Of a stretch of DNA of 55,303 nt, positions 33,377 to 42,455 are shown piece after piece. The DNA lies in NCBI GenBank assembly GCA_009903405.1, contig PRCZ01000004.1:1-55303 (forward strand). Reading direction: 5' to 3'. Every line of letters starts with the position of its first letter. Within the stretch, counting starts at the first letter, position 1. The translations under genes were made by a program, and so were the position numbers. The stretch comes from Candidatus Methanophaga sp. AG-394-G06. Its GTDB lineage: Archaea > Halobacteriota > Syntropharchaeia > Alkanophagales > Methanospirareceae. The notes beneath the pieces are model-generated. The model was not told the origin of the DNA and did no database searches. It saw only the letters and a program-made list of their open reading frames with translations.

Positions 33377-35425
33377 CTTGACTTTCGGAGATAGTATTTT
33401 ATCACTTAAATAATTTTCCATTTGATGAGGTTATCCGCCATTTTTTAACGGAAATACGCCACAGGAGGCCATATCTTCTATTTCGCCCATACCCAAATGT
33501 ACTGACTAAAAGTCACGTTTGAAAAAGTCGTGGTGAATGTCGTGTAAATTCAAAACTCCCCATTGTTAGACAATAAAATAGAAAGCTTTATAAGCATGTA
33601 ATGACTAAACTAATTTATGCATTTCGTCAAGAAGAAGGTGGCGGGGAAGACATATCTTTCCATCGCCGAGACGCATCGAGTGAATGGAGTTCCTAAGACG
33701 TCCATTGTTAAATACGTGGGCTCTGCTGAGAAATTATTCAAAATACTAATCGGTCTGGATAAAGAAGAAACCGAATACCACCGCAGATACAAATTTGCGG
33801 CGCCGCTGGCAATACATCAAATAGCAGAGGAAATTAGGCTAATCGAAACAATCAACAGGCACACAAAGAAAAGGGAGCAGGGCTTCTCTGTCGGAGAATA
33901 TCTTCACATTATTACCTTGAATCGGGCATTATATCCAAGAAGCAAAAGGGGAATAAAAAGGTGGTATGAAAGAACCATTCTCCCCTTCATTTTGAGGATT
34001 CCGCCGGAAAAACTCACGAGCCAGGTTTTTTGGGAACACATGGAATATCTGAACGAGGAAGAGATTGAGCGGATCGAAAAAGAGCTCAGTTCCAGGATTA
34101 TAAAGCTATACGACCTCAACACAGAGTGCCTGTTGTATGACATCACCAATTTCTACACTTTTATCCAGGAACACGAGGGCAACGAACTACCAAAAAAGGG
34201 TAAAAGCAAGGCTAAACGCTTCGATTTGAATCAGATTAATCTCGCTCTGCTTGTCACAAAAGATGGTGGAATCCCGCTTATGCATCAGACCTACGAAGGG
34301 AACAGGCATGACGCAAAAAAATTCCCCGAAATTATCAGTAAACTCACAGACAGGCTAGTAATGTTCTCCAAAAACGTAGATAAAGTCACGATAGTCTTTG
34401 ACAAAGGAAATAACTCCAAAGCTAGCATGAATCTGCTTGACGACACCCCTTATTATTTCGTTGGATCGCTCAGGCCCTATGACTACAAGCATTTTCTGGA
34501 AATACCACTGGAGAAATTCCAGTTGGTTCCAATGGAAAATGGAGAAGAAGATAAGAAAAAGGATGATATATACGCTTATCGCACGCGAGAAGATGCTTTT
34601 GGTGCGGAAAGGACAGTTGTTGTAATTTACGAGCAGAAACTTTATCATAGGAACCTGAAAACCTTCATAAAAGGTATTGACAAGAGGAAGAAGGAGTTTG
34701 AGGAGCTCGAATCGAAGATAGGACGGCGAAGATACAGAACAAAGTCGGCGATTGAGAAGAAAGCGGAAAAGATACAGGCAAAAGCTCCTGATGGGCTTTT
34801 CGATGTTGTGGTCGGCGAAGAAGAGGGTAACGTAACGCTTGATTACGCGGTGAACAAAACCGTCTACAAAGAGAAGCTTAAATCGTTTGGAAAAATGATT
34901 CTTTTCACGAATAATCACGAATGGAGTACCGCACAGATAATAAGGGTTTATCGGGGTAAAGCTAAGATAGAAGATGACTTCAAAAGGATGAAGAGCCCAA
35001 TAATGATCAGTCTAGAGCCCGTGTACCACTGGACGGACCAGAAGATAAGGGTGCATGTCTTTTGTTGTGTTCTCGCATTAATGCTATTACTGATCCTGAA
35101 ACGCAAATTAGAGATGGTTGGCATTAAATTGAGCCTTGAAAGGATGATAGAGGAGCTTTCTGATGTTCAACTCTCCGTTATCAAGTTTTATGATGTGGAT
35201 AAGAGGTTATGTCTCCTTAATGACATGAATGAGGAGCAGAAGGCGATGTTTGATGTATTGGATCTGATGCGGTATAAGAAGTTAGTCAGTACAAAGTTAC
35301 ATTAGCTCTTTTATACCGCATTTCACAGGATGCCTGAAATGTCGCCTATGGGAAATTGAAAGACTGTGATGGGAAAAATGGTGCTGTTAAATATTTCTTT
35401 AATTTATATAACTCCGAAAGTCAAG
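33377..35425 (+). mobile_element. IS1634-family IS, 2049 bp
   Basis: Terminal inverted repeats are CTTGACTTTCGGAG/CTCCGAAAGTCAAG. A 5-bp direct duplication TTATT lies at 33372-33376 and 35426-35430. Confidence 0.8.
33617..35305 (+). CDS. IS1634-family transposase
   Basis: 562 aa. KKKVAGKTYLSIAETHRVNG is typical of the IS1634 N-terminus, with IVFDKGNNS and a C-terminal DDE region. Confidence 0.75.
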   Translation: MHFVKKKVAGKTYLSIAETHRVNGVPKTSIVKYVGSAEKLFKILIGLDKEETEYHRRYKFAAPLAIHQIAEEIRLIETINRHTKKREQGFSVGEYLHIITLNRALYPRSKRGIKRWYERTILPFILRIPPEKLTSQVFWEHMEYLNEEEIERIEKELSSRIIKLYDLNTECLLYDITNFYTFIQEHEGNELPKKGKSKAKRFDLNQINLALLVTKDGGIPLMHQTYEGNRHDAKKFPEIISKLTDRLVMFSKNVDKVTIVFDKGNNSKASMNLLDDTPYYFVGSLRPYDYKHFLEIPLEKFQLVPMENGEEDKKKDDIYAYRTREDAFGAERTVVVIYEQKLYHRNLKTFIKGIDKRKKEFEELESKIGRRRYRTKSAIEKKAEKIQAKAPDGLFDVVVGEEEGNVTLDYAVNKTVYKEKLKSFGKMILFTNNHEWSTAQIIRVYRGKAKIEDDFKRMKSPIMISLEPVYHWTDQKIRVHVFCCVLALMLLLILKRKLEMVGIKLSLERMIEELSDVQLSVIKFYDVDKRLCLLNDMNEEQKAMFDVLDLMRYKKLVSTKLH

Positions 35426-35529
35426 TTATTGTCATCCAAAAAGAGTAAATTGTTCAAATGGTTAACAATATAATTCCCAACACCTGTTCTTCTATCATCG
35501 AGCATGTCTGTAATTATTCCAACCTTCAT
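35426..35529 (-). pseudogene. GT4 glycosyltransferase N-terminal fragment, disrupted by the IS nest
   Basis: Reverse strand reads MKVGIITDMLDDRRTGVGNYIVNHLNNLLFLDDNN. It continues for 23 bp at 33354-33376. The ATG overlaps the upstream stop (ATGA). Confidence 0.65.
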
Positions 35530-36530
35530 TTTCCACCCTCTAATAATGTTTTATACAAATTTAGGTGTTTCATAGCGATATTAGCCCAAGAATATTTATC
35601 TCTTTCACATTCAGCAAGTTTGATTAATTTTTTTCTAATTTTTTCATCACTACAAAATTTAATAATAGCTTCTTTTAGATCTTGAGTAGATTCAACAATC
35701 AGTCCCGCATTTTTGACAATTTCTGAAAAAGATCCGATATTCGAACATATAACGGGCTTCCCAGCACATATAGCCATCGCCATAGGATAGCTACTCTCTC
35801 CAACTGAATTTAGCCTATAGTTAATTAGAATATCCGACAACTCAATATAGTGGATAAACTTTCTATCATCCACGAATCCCACATAAATAATACTCTTATC
35901 AGATAAATTTCGGAGTTCGATTTGAGATTCTTTATCAACTGCTTTCCCAACAACTAATAACTTGGCATTTCTCAGGTTTAAATCTCTAAAAATTTTTATA
36001 ACTTCTAGTTGCCCTTTCGCTTTTTTTACAAAACCGGCCATTAGTAATATGATATCATCGTCTGAGAAACCATATTCTCTCCTCAACTTTTTTATGTCAT
36101 ATCTTTCAAAAATTGTACATCCGATAGGAATGACTGAAATTCTCTCAATGGAAATAAATGGAGCTACCTGCAATAATAATCCTTTTGCAAATTCTGAGTG
36201 GACAATAAATTCATCTAAGAATAAATCCAAATATCTATAGATAATCCGTGTAAACCAAATCGGTATTTTCTTTGTTCGTGGGATCACATCATGAATTGTT
36301 ATTACCTTTACTTTCGACCGAAATATCGGTAATGTTACTAAAACAAATCTAGTTGAGTTTGCTACATGAAAATGGGCTATGTCATATTTTTTAAAAAAAT
36401 TAATTTCCCTCCAATTTCTTAGTTCCACTATGCGACCTTTATCTATTCCCTCAAGTTTCTGAACTAAATGAGTTATATAAAACAAAATTCCTCTTGAATT
36501 TTTATCAGTTATGTGTTGTATTTTCATCAT
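35526..36530 (-). CDS. GT4-family glycosyltransferase
   Basis: 334 aa. The C-terminal half has GFVDD, NSVGESSYPMAMAICAGKPVICSNIG and KYSW. Confidence 0.75.
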   Translation of the reverse strand: MMKIQHITDKNSRGILFYITHLVQKLEGIDKGRIVELRNWREINFFKKYDIAHFHVANSTRFVLVTLPIFRSKVKVITIHDVIPRTKKIPIWFTRIIYRYLDLFLDEFIVHSEFAKGLLLQVAPFISIERISVIPIGCTIFERYDIKKLRREYGFSDDDIILLMAGFVKKAKGQLEVIKIFRDLNLRNAKLLVVGKAVDKESQIELRNLSDKSIIYVGFVDDRKFIHYIELSDILINYRLNSVGESSYPMAMAICAGKPVICSNIGSFSEIVKNAGLIVESTQDLKEAIIKFCSDEKIRKKLIKLAECERDKYSWANIAMKHLNLYKTLLEGGK

Positions 36531-37719
36531 ACTATCTTTCTATACAACCCCACCGTCATCTCCGCAACCTTATCCCAGGAATATTCCTCTGCCAAATCCC
36601 TTGAATCCTCTGCAAGCTTTTTAAGCAGTTCATCGTCACCAAGCGCCAATAATATCTTCTCAGCCAACTCTCTTGGATTGTTCTGCTCTACAACAAAGTT
36701 TCTATCCTTCACCAATTCTGGCAGACCTCCAACATCTGTTACGATTAATGGTTTTTCAAATGCCAGTGCATCTGCACCGAGTGCACTTTGAGACATAAAC
36801 TCCCTGTAAGGTAGAACAACCAAATCAGAAGCATAATAAAAATATTTTACCTTATCTGAAGGAATGAATTCTAAGAAAAGTTTAATATTTTTGTTAATAT
36901 CTTTCATTTTAATTAGTTCTTCGTATTTTTCCCACCCCCCCCCAAGGATATCCTGCTATCACCAAAAAAACCTCCCCTCTCTCTTTGGTAACATAAAAAA
37001 AACGCTTCTAACAGTATATCAAGCCCTTTGTATCCCCTGAGGGTTCCAAAAAATAATAGGATCTTACCCTCTAAAGGAAGCCCCAGTACCTCTCTTGCAT
37101 CTTCTTTTGTAACAATGCTATCCTTAAACGATGTCAAAGTCCCAATAGGAATTCTAACAATCTTCTCTTTAGGTATTCCAAAAATATCATGCAGCTCTTC
37201 GATGTTTCTTGTGGAATGAACGATGAATATATCACCCAAAAATAAGACGACTCTATTCAAAAATTTATTTAGCCTCTTATTTTCATATGGTAGGTCAGCA
37301 TGTGGAAGGACACTATGAACTGTAATTATAATTTTTTTCCCCCTAAATTTACAGATAGCTAAAACCACAAAATATACTGGAGCTAAAACAAGACTCCACC
37401 ATTGAGCGTGAACGATCTTGCTTTTTATAGTGAAACCCGCCCAAATCCAAGAAAGTGGATTGTAGTATGTCAAAATGTTTCTTATTGTAGCGTTTGTTAT
37501 TGTAAAGGGTCTATACGTATTATCTCCTATATCCCTTCCGGGATATAAAAAATCCGGATACAGCTTCTTAAAATTGATGAACTCTACAAAAATATGCTTT
37601 GAAAGGGATTTGAGCAACTCTAAGCAATAAGGACTAAGTCCCTTTATTGGAGGTAGCGTTCCTATCATAGTTACTTTGTTTCTTTTAGATCTTTCCTGTT
37701 TAAACAAATCCCTCCACAT
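36527..37719 (-). pseudogene. GT4 glycosyltransferase split by two homopolymer frameshifts
   Basis: Frames read ...GLDILLEAF | (F)YVTKERGEVFLVIAGYPWGG | WEKYEELIKMKDIN.... The frame switches coincide with an A8 run (36995-37002) or A7 run (36964-36970) and with a C9 run (36935-36943). Confidence 0.7.
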
Positions 37720-37734
37720 CTCCTTGAAGTTTTA

Positions 37735-38032
37735 ATATATGTGTAACATCCACATTAGTTTAGGCACCGATTAAAACATCGGGTTTAAATTCTTTTGTGA
37801 TTTTATACAACTTATAATCAATTCTAAATATTTCAACCGCTTCACTGACATTGTTTTTCTTAGATTCTCATATTTTCACGCATTTTATTCCAAGTTTATA
37901 CATTATATCTAATGTAATCCCTTTATTTCTTGCGGTTACTAACACATCATGACCGTTTGCTTTTAAGATTTGTATTACCTTCTTAAAGAGATGAACATGC
38001 GCCGGATGACCGATATTAACAACAATTCTCAT
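37735..38032 (-). pseudogene. DUF354-family gene, 5' remnant with stops
   Basis: MRIVVNIGHPAHVHLFKKVIQILKANGHDVLVTARNKGITLDIMYKLGIKCVKI*, followed by frames with FKPDVLIGA. The ATG overlaps the stop of the 576-aa gene. Confidence 0.5.
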
Positions 38033-39759
38033 TTGAGATCCCCTCTAAGCCCATGATTATCTACCTTTATTTCACATTTAAGTTCTTTGCTATCGGGATA
38101 TATTTCTCTAACTATACTTAACTTGCACATTCCTTTTATAAACTCGGCTAAATTATCCTCAGGCAATGGTCTTATATTAGATAATTCTTGTTTTTGGAAA
38201 AACTCTGTTGACTGCGCATATATCGGTGAAAATTTATCTACAATGTTGAAATATTCAAATCTAAAATCTTTATTAATATTCAAGATATCTAAGATTATTA
38301 CTTTTTCCTCATTATACGAAATTTTTCTTGTAAATTCTATTGGCACAGTTATATTTCCAGTAATCATCGTTTTCCTTAATCGTTGATAAAGATTCTCTCT
38401 TACAAAGGGCATTCTACTGATAGAGAATAGTCCAATTCGTGAAAGAACCATTTTTACTGGTGTAAACAATGTCTCATTTATTTTGTGAAATGTGCCAGAA
38501 ATATCAACAAAATCATTATTCTCATCAAATATGACTTCGTTTGAATAATCTAACCATTGGCTACTAACTTTTTCGCCATTAGAAAGGATCCCAAGATATC
38601 CACAATCACTAAAAATTAAATCTGGGTTATCTTTGCATCCATATACCCTAACAACTCCTCCTTTGCTAGCTCCAATAATCATGTAGTAGCTATTCTTTTT
38701 AACGATTACGTATTTGGCTTGTGGGAAATACTTTGTGATTGAAGGTTTCATGTAAGGTAGGACAACATTGTTCTGTGTTCTTGGATGATAGTTATCATAA
38801 GCTTGAAAATATGTATGTAACATCCAGCATAGATATGTATTATCAAGAGTTATTGGGCTTATAATCTGACCGTGATTTAAAGCTTGTATATTACTATCTG
38901 CGATTGCTGCTGCCAAAGGAATTTCTCTTGATACAATCTCAAATCCGTTTGGTATAATAAACTCAGGGTTTCTACTGGTATATTCCCCACCCATGGTACC
39001 ATTTGGATGGACAAAATAACTGATAAATTCAATGGCTTTATCCAGAGTCTTTAATATATCTCTATTGCCACTTTTTTGATAATATTTCGCGAGTGAATTG
39101 ATAGTTACTGTTAAGTAAGCTATATCACCCCCGCCATATTCATTAAACCATCCTTCTGATGATTGATTCTTCAATATCATTTTTAATTTATTTTCCGCAC
39201 CATTTCTGTATCTTTCATCTCCTGTAATTTGATATATATTATAAAGTGCTATTAATGCTGTTGATTCCTGATTTATAACCTGTGTATCATGAGATTTTAG
39301 AAGCCAGTTACCTGCTTTTTTAATTGTGTCTATAATTATTTCTTTTAAAGAGTTGTTTATCTGCTCTTGCAATAATGAATACGATTCTGAAACTGCATAT
39401 ATGGAAGAAGCAACTGCATCAACACTCCATACATAGGGATAACTCCCATTAAATGACCCATCATAATTCTGTATTTTTGTTAAAAATTCCATTGCCGCAA
39501 TTGCCCAATCTCTAATTTTAGGATGTTCGTAATAGATATTATTTGGATATTTATTTGTATAAACTAATGCCAGTACTAGAGCAGCACTTTGAAACAATGC
39601 GCTGGAAAAATCAATCATTTTATATCGCCAATAGTATCGGTCAGAACAGCCATAAGTTTTAGAACACTTTTTCCGATCCATCAAACTCAACAATCGTGGT
39701 ATTTGACTTAGTGCTACTTCTGCATATATCTTATTATTACCTCTTTCTTCACTTATCAT
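38029..39759 (-). CDS. uncharacterized 576-aa protein, probably an alpha/alpha-toroid (lyase, epimerase or cyclase-like) fold
   Basis: Repeated aromatic-rich helical hairpins (YGCSDRYYWRYKMIDFSSA, DGSFNGSYPYVW, EGWFNEYGGGDIAY, NGTMGGEYTSRN). No confident family assignment. Confidence 0.4.
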   Translation of the reverse strand: MISEERGNNKIYAEVALSQIPRLLSLMDRKKCSKTYGCSDRYYWRYKMIDFSSALFQSAALVLALVYTNKYPNNIYYEHPKIRDWAIAAMEFLTKIQNYDGSFNGSYPYVWSVDAVASSIYAVSESYSLLQEQINNSLKEIIIDTIKKAGNWLLKSHDTQVINQESTALIALYNIYQITGDERYRNGAENKLKMILKNQSSEGWFNEYGGGDIAYLTVTINSLAKYYQKSGNRDILKTLDKAIEFISYFVHPNGTMGGEYTSRNPEFIIPNGFEIVSREIPLAAAIADSNIQALNHGQIISPITLDNTYLCWMLHTYFQAYDNYHPRTQNNVVLPYMKPSITKYFPQAKYVIVKKNSYYMIIGASKGGVVRVYGCKDNPDLIFSDCGYLGILSNGEKVSSQWLDYSNEVIFDENNDFVDISGTFHKINETLFTPVKMVLSRIGLFSISRMPFVRENLYQRLRKTMITGNITVPIEFTRKISYNEEKVIILDILNINKDFRFEYFNIVDKFSPIYAQSTEFFQKQELSNIRPLPEDNLAEFIKGMCKLSIVREIYPDSKELKCEIKVDNHGLRGDLK

Positions 39760-39857
39760 CTTACCATACCCCTTCCCAATTTCATCCTCCCTACAAAATT
39801 CTTAAAGTTAAAGGAATGAACTTGTCCTGGAGTGTTTATATCAACAACAATTCTCAT
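39756..39857 (-). pseudogene. second DUF354 5' stub (33 codons), ATGA-coupled to the 576-aa gene
   Basis: MRIVVDINTPGQVHSF followed by unrelated sequence. Its TGA overlaps the ATG at 39759. Confidence 0.5.
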
Positions 39858-39858
39858 T

Positions 39859-40125
39859 TCAATCCACACCACTTAAATATTTTTCATAAAAGATCTCAGG
39901 CAGTATCCCAAACTTGCAAGCCAATTTAATAGGAACCATAAGTGCCCTAATAATTGAATAATAGGTGGGATAATCCAAGAATGTCTTAGTCTCAGCGGAC
40001 ATTATTCCTTCAAATTCATCTTCAGTAAATCCCAGCTTTTTGAGTACATATTCTTTATCTCTCTTTGCTTGGTCTTCCGAAATAGGTGGCTCTTTTAGTT
40101 TCTCTAATGCCTTCTCCCCTATCAT
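39859..40125 (-). pseudogene. C-terminal fragment of an N-acetyl sugar amidotransferase (WbpG/TIGR03573-like)
   Basis: EKALEKLKEPPISEDQAKRDKEYVLKKLGFTEDEFEGIMSAETKTFLDYP matches the family C-terminus. The PP-loop N-terminal domain is absent. Confidence 0.55.
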
Positions 40126-40131
40126 TTCCCT

Positions 40132-40944
40132 TCACACTACGCTTACCGATGCTTTACTTTTTCTTCTTAACAATTTAATAATAACTTTACCCAAATTAAA
40201 CATACTATCCCTTCCCAATTTAAATACCCATTCTCCAAAACTATTACTCCATCTATTTGGATGCGTTTGAATATATAACCTTGGAATTGTTTGTGACTGA
40301 ATTAACCCTATTAGTTCATCGGTAGTATCAATAACCGGTTTATTTTTTGTTGATGCCCCTGTCGCGTAATCTTTAATACTGTATTTTGCCGCATTCCAGC
40401 ATCGACCAGTATCGGTGTAATATGCAATGTCTGAGAAATCCATAGATAGATATGCCTCACCAAAAATATCAAAATTTTTAAAATCATAATATTTCCAAAT
40501 ATCACGATTATCCCATTTTGTCCATGAGTTACCATGCATGCATATCGTTTGTATTGGTGTGATACTCCTTAAATTTTTTAGCTCCTGCTCAAACAATTCA
40601 ATCGCTTTTTCATAATCCCCTTTTGCTTTGTCCAATGTCTCATAGTGATATCCAATTTCATGACCTAATGCGGATATTCGCTTTATGATTCTTGGTTGTA
40701 ATACCTGTTTGGTTGTTCTAAAATAATATGTAGCTCTAATGCCTCGTTGATGTTCTATCTCAGCAAATTCTAATGACTTCTTTGGGTTTTTATCCACATC
40801 ATGTCTGAGGATTACAAATTTTTCTATTGTATTCTTTCTATCAACTAATTTAAAATATTCTGACATTGCCAAAATTTTATATTCTGATTGCACAATTGTA
40901 TCCAAAAGTTTGCGATATTTATTATATGTAAAATCAAGTGTCAT
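40132..40944 (-). CDS. polysaccharide deacetylase-like (CE4-related) protein
   Basis: ILRHDVDKNP, RATYYFR, GHEIGYHYE and ICMHGN. A decayed paralog lies at 46613-47040. Confidence 0.6.
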   Translation of the reverse strand: MTLDFTYNKYRKLLDTIVQSEYKILAMSEYFKLVDRKNTIEKFVILRHDVDKNPKKSLEFAEIEHQRGIRATYYFRTTKQVLQPRIIKRISALGHEIGYHYETLDKAKGDYEKAIELFEQELKNLRSITPIQTICMHGNSWTKWDNRDIWKYYDFKNFDIFGEAYLSMDFSDIAYYTDTGRCWNAAKYSIKDYATGASTKNKPVIDTTDELIGLIQSQTIPRLYIQTHPNRWSNSFGEWVFKLGRDSMFNLGKVIIKLLRRKSKASVSVV

Positions 40945-40961
40945 TTAACATCACTCCTTAT

Positions 40962-42455
40962 TTATATTCTACCCTTCCCATATCTTAGTTTTTTAATTGC
41001 CCTTTTTATATTGACAATTTCCTTACTTTTACCTTTATAAGTTATCTCCTTTAAATGTTCCTTAATTTTTTCCAAACACTTCTCAGCCATTTCCCTCTCC
41101 TCATTTATTATGTTGTTCCTCTCCCGCGGGTCTTTAATTAAGTCATACAATTCATCCTCACCATTATTTCTAAATATATAACTTCTATTTTTCGTAATAT
41201 ATGCTATTTTCATACTTTCTTTGTTTAGCTTTATTATCCCCGGTTCTGTTTGGAAAGCTTCTCCTCTTTCAGATTGCCCTTCTTCACAAAATACCCCTAT
41301 CCCTCCCCTATCATTCATGCCATTATTAAGAAGACTTTTTCCGAGTAAACCCATAGGTTTATTTATATTTAATAAATCTAAAATAGTAGGTGAAACATCA
41401 ATATGGCTAACTGGTAGTTCTATTTCTTTACAGGGTATGCCAGGACCCATAATAAATAAAGGCACGTGAACTAACTCCTGATACAACTCCAACTCGTTGT
41501 GTATTCTACCATGCTCTAAAAACTGTGTACCATGATCTGCGGTTATGATTACATATGTATCTTTTAGAAGTCCTAAATAATCTAACTCACCCATTAAATT
41601 CTTAATCCAAAAATCTAAATATTCCACTTCCATATCAAATAAATTCGATAACTTTTCAAGATCTTTAGGCTTAAAAGCATCCTCTTTGTTCTCAAACATT
41701 GCAATTCGTTGTTTTACATTTACTATAATCTTACTTAACATACCTATATCTCTTGAAAAGTTTTTAGGAGGAAGAAAAGGGGGATGTGTATCTAAATAAT
41801 GAGCCCAAAGAAAAAAAGGTTGATGTGCATTTTTGAGCAGACTCAAAATTTCCTTATTAAGTCTTTCGCCCATTTTTGGATACTTTTTTCTTTTATCCAA
41901 TAATGCTATCTTGCTGATAACAAGCCCAATCCTTAAAATTTTGACTGATGTCCAAATTTTGTAAAGAATACTTTTTTCTTTTGCGCTAAATAGCTTGTCA
42001 AACTTATAAAATTTCATTCTGATATACCTACGAATTTTATATTTCAATGCCTCAGAATTAGAATCTATCTCTTTTGTATTCCCCTTTTCTTTTATGCCAT
42101 CTTTAAATGTATCAAAGCCCTTATCGTAGCCAAAAAAAGAAGACAGGTATGCATGGAAAGGAAGTCCAATTGTAGTATACCCATTATTTCTTAATACTTC
42201 TGCTATTGATGTTCTTTTATTCATGGTGACATCGCCATCATACATGAAGGGGTATGTTGAAGTTAAAAGTGCATTAATGCAGGGAGCTGTCCATGAAGAA
42301 GCCGAATATGCTCGACTAAATAATAGCCCTCTTTTGAATAGTTCATCCAAATTAGGGGTTGTTTTCTTCTCGTATCCGAAAGTTCCAATCCTATCCGCTC
42401 TTAAACACTCCACTGTAAGGAGTATAACATTCTTCTTTTTTTTAGACGATTCCAT
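40962..42455 (-). CDS. sulfatase-family (AP superfamily) enzyme with a Thr at the nucleophile position
   Basis: ILLTVECLRADR, SSWTAPCINALLTS (T-x-P in place of C/S-x-P-x-R) and ITADHGTQF. The tail is IKRAIKKLRYGKGRI. Confidence 0.65.
   Translation of the reverse strand: MESSKKKKNVILLTVECLRADRIGTFGYEKKTTPNLDELFKRGLLFSRAYSASSWTAPCINALLTSTYPFMYDGDVTMNKRTSIAEVLRNNGYTTIGLPFHAYLSSFFGYDKGFDTFKDGIKEKGNTKEIDSNSEALKYKIRRYIRMKFYKFDKLFSAKEKSILYKIWTSVKILRIGLVISKIALLDKRKKYPKMGERLNKEILSLLKNAHQPFFLWAHYLDTHPPFLPPKNFSRDIGMLSKIIVNVKQRIAMFENKEDAFKPKDLEKLSNLFDMEVEYLDFWIKNLMGELDYLGLLKDTYVIITADHGTQFLEHGRIHNELELYQELVHVPLFIMGPGIPCKEIELPVSHIDVSPTILDLLNINKPMGLLGKSLLNNGMNDRGGIGVFCEEGQSERGEAFQTEPGIIKLNKESMKIAYITKNRSYIFRNNGEDELYDLIKDPRERNNIINEEREMAEKCLEKIKEHLKEITYKGKSKEIVNIKRAIKKLRYGKGRI

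Noticed and set aside
40962-42455. Calling the AP-superfamily proteins (11415-12227, 25090-26103, 26110-27732, 40962-42455) bona fide sulfatases that would pair with cysDN
   Set aside because: None has the C/S-x-P-x-R formylglycine motif. The nucleophile positions read T-G-P, T-P-E, T-A-P and S-A-S. No FGE or anaerobic sulfatase maturase gene is in the window. They are better described as Thr/Ser-type phosphodiesterase or phosphotransferase-like enzymes.
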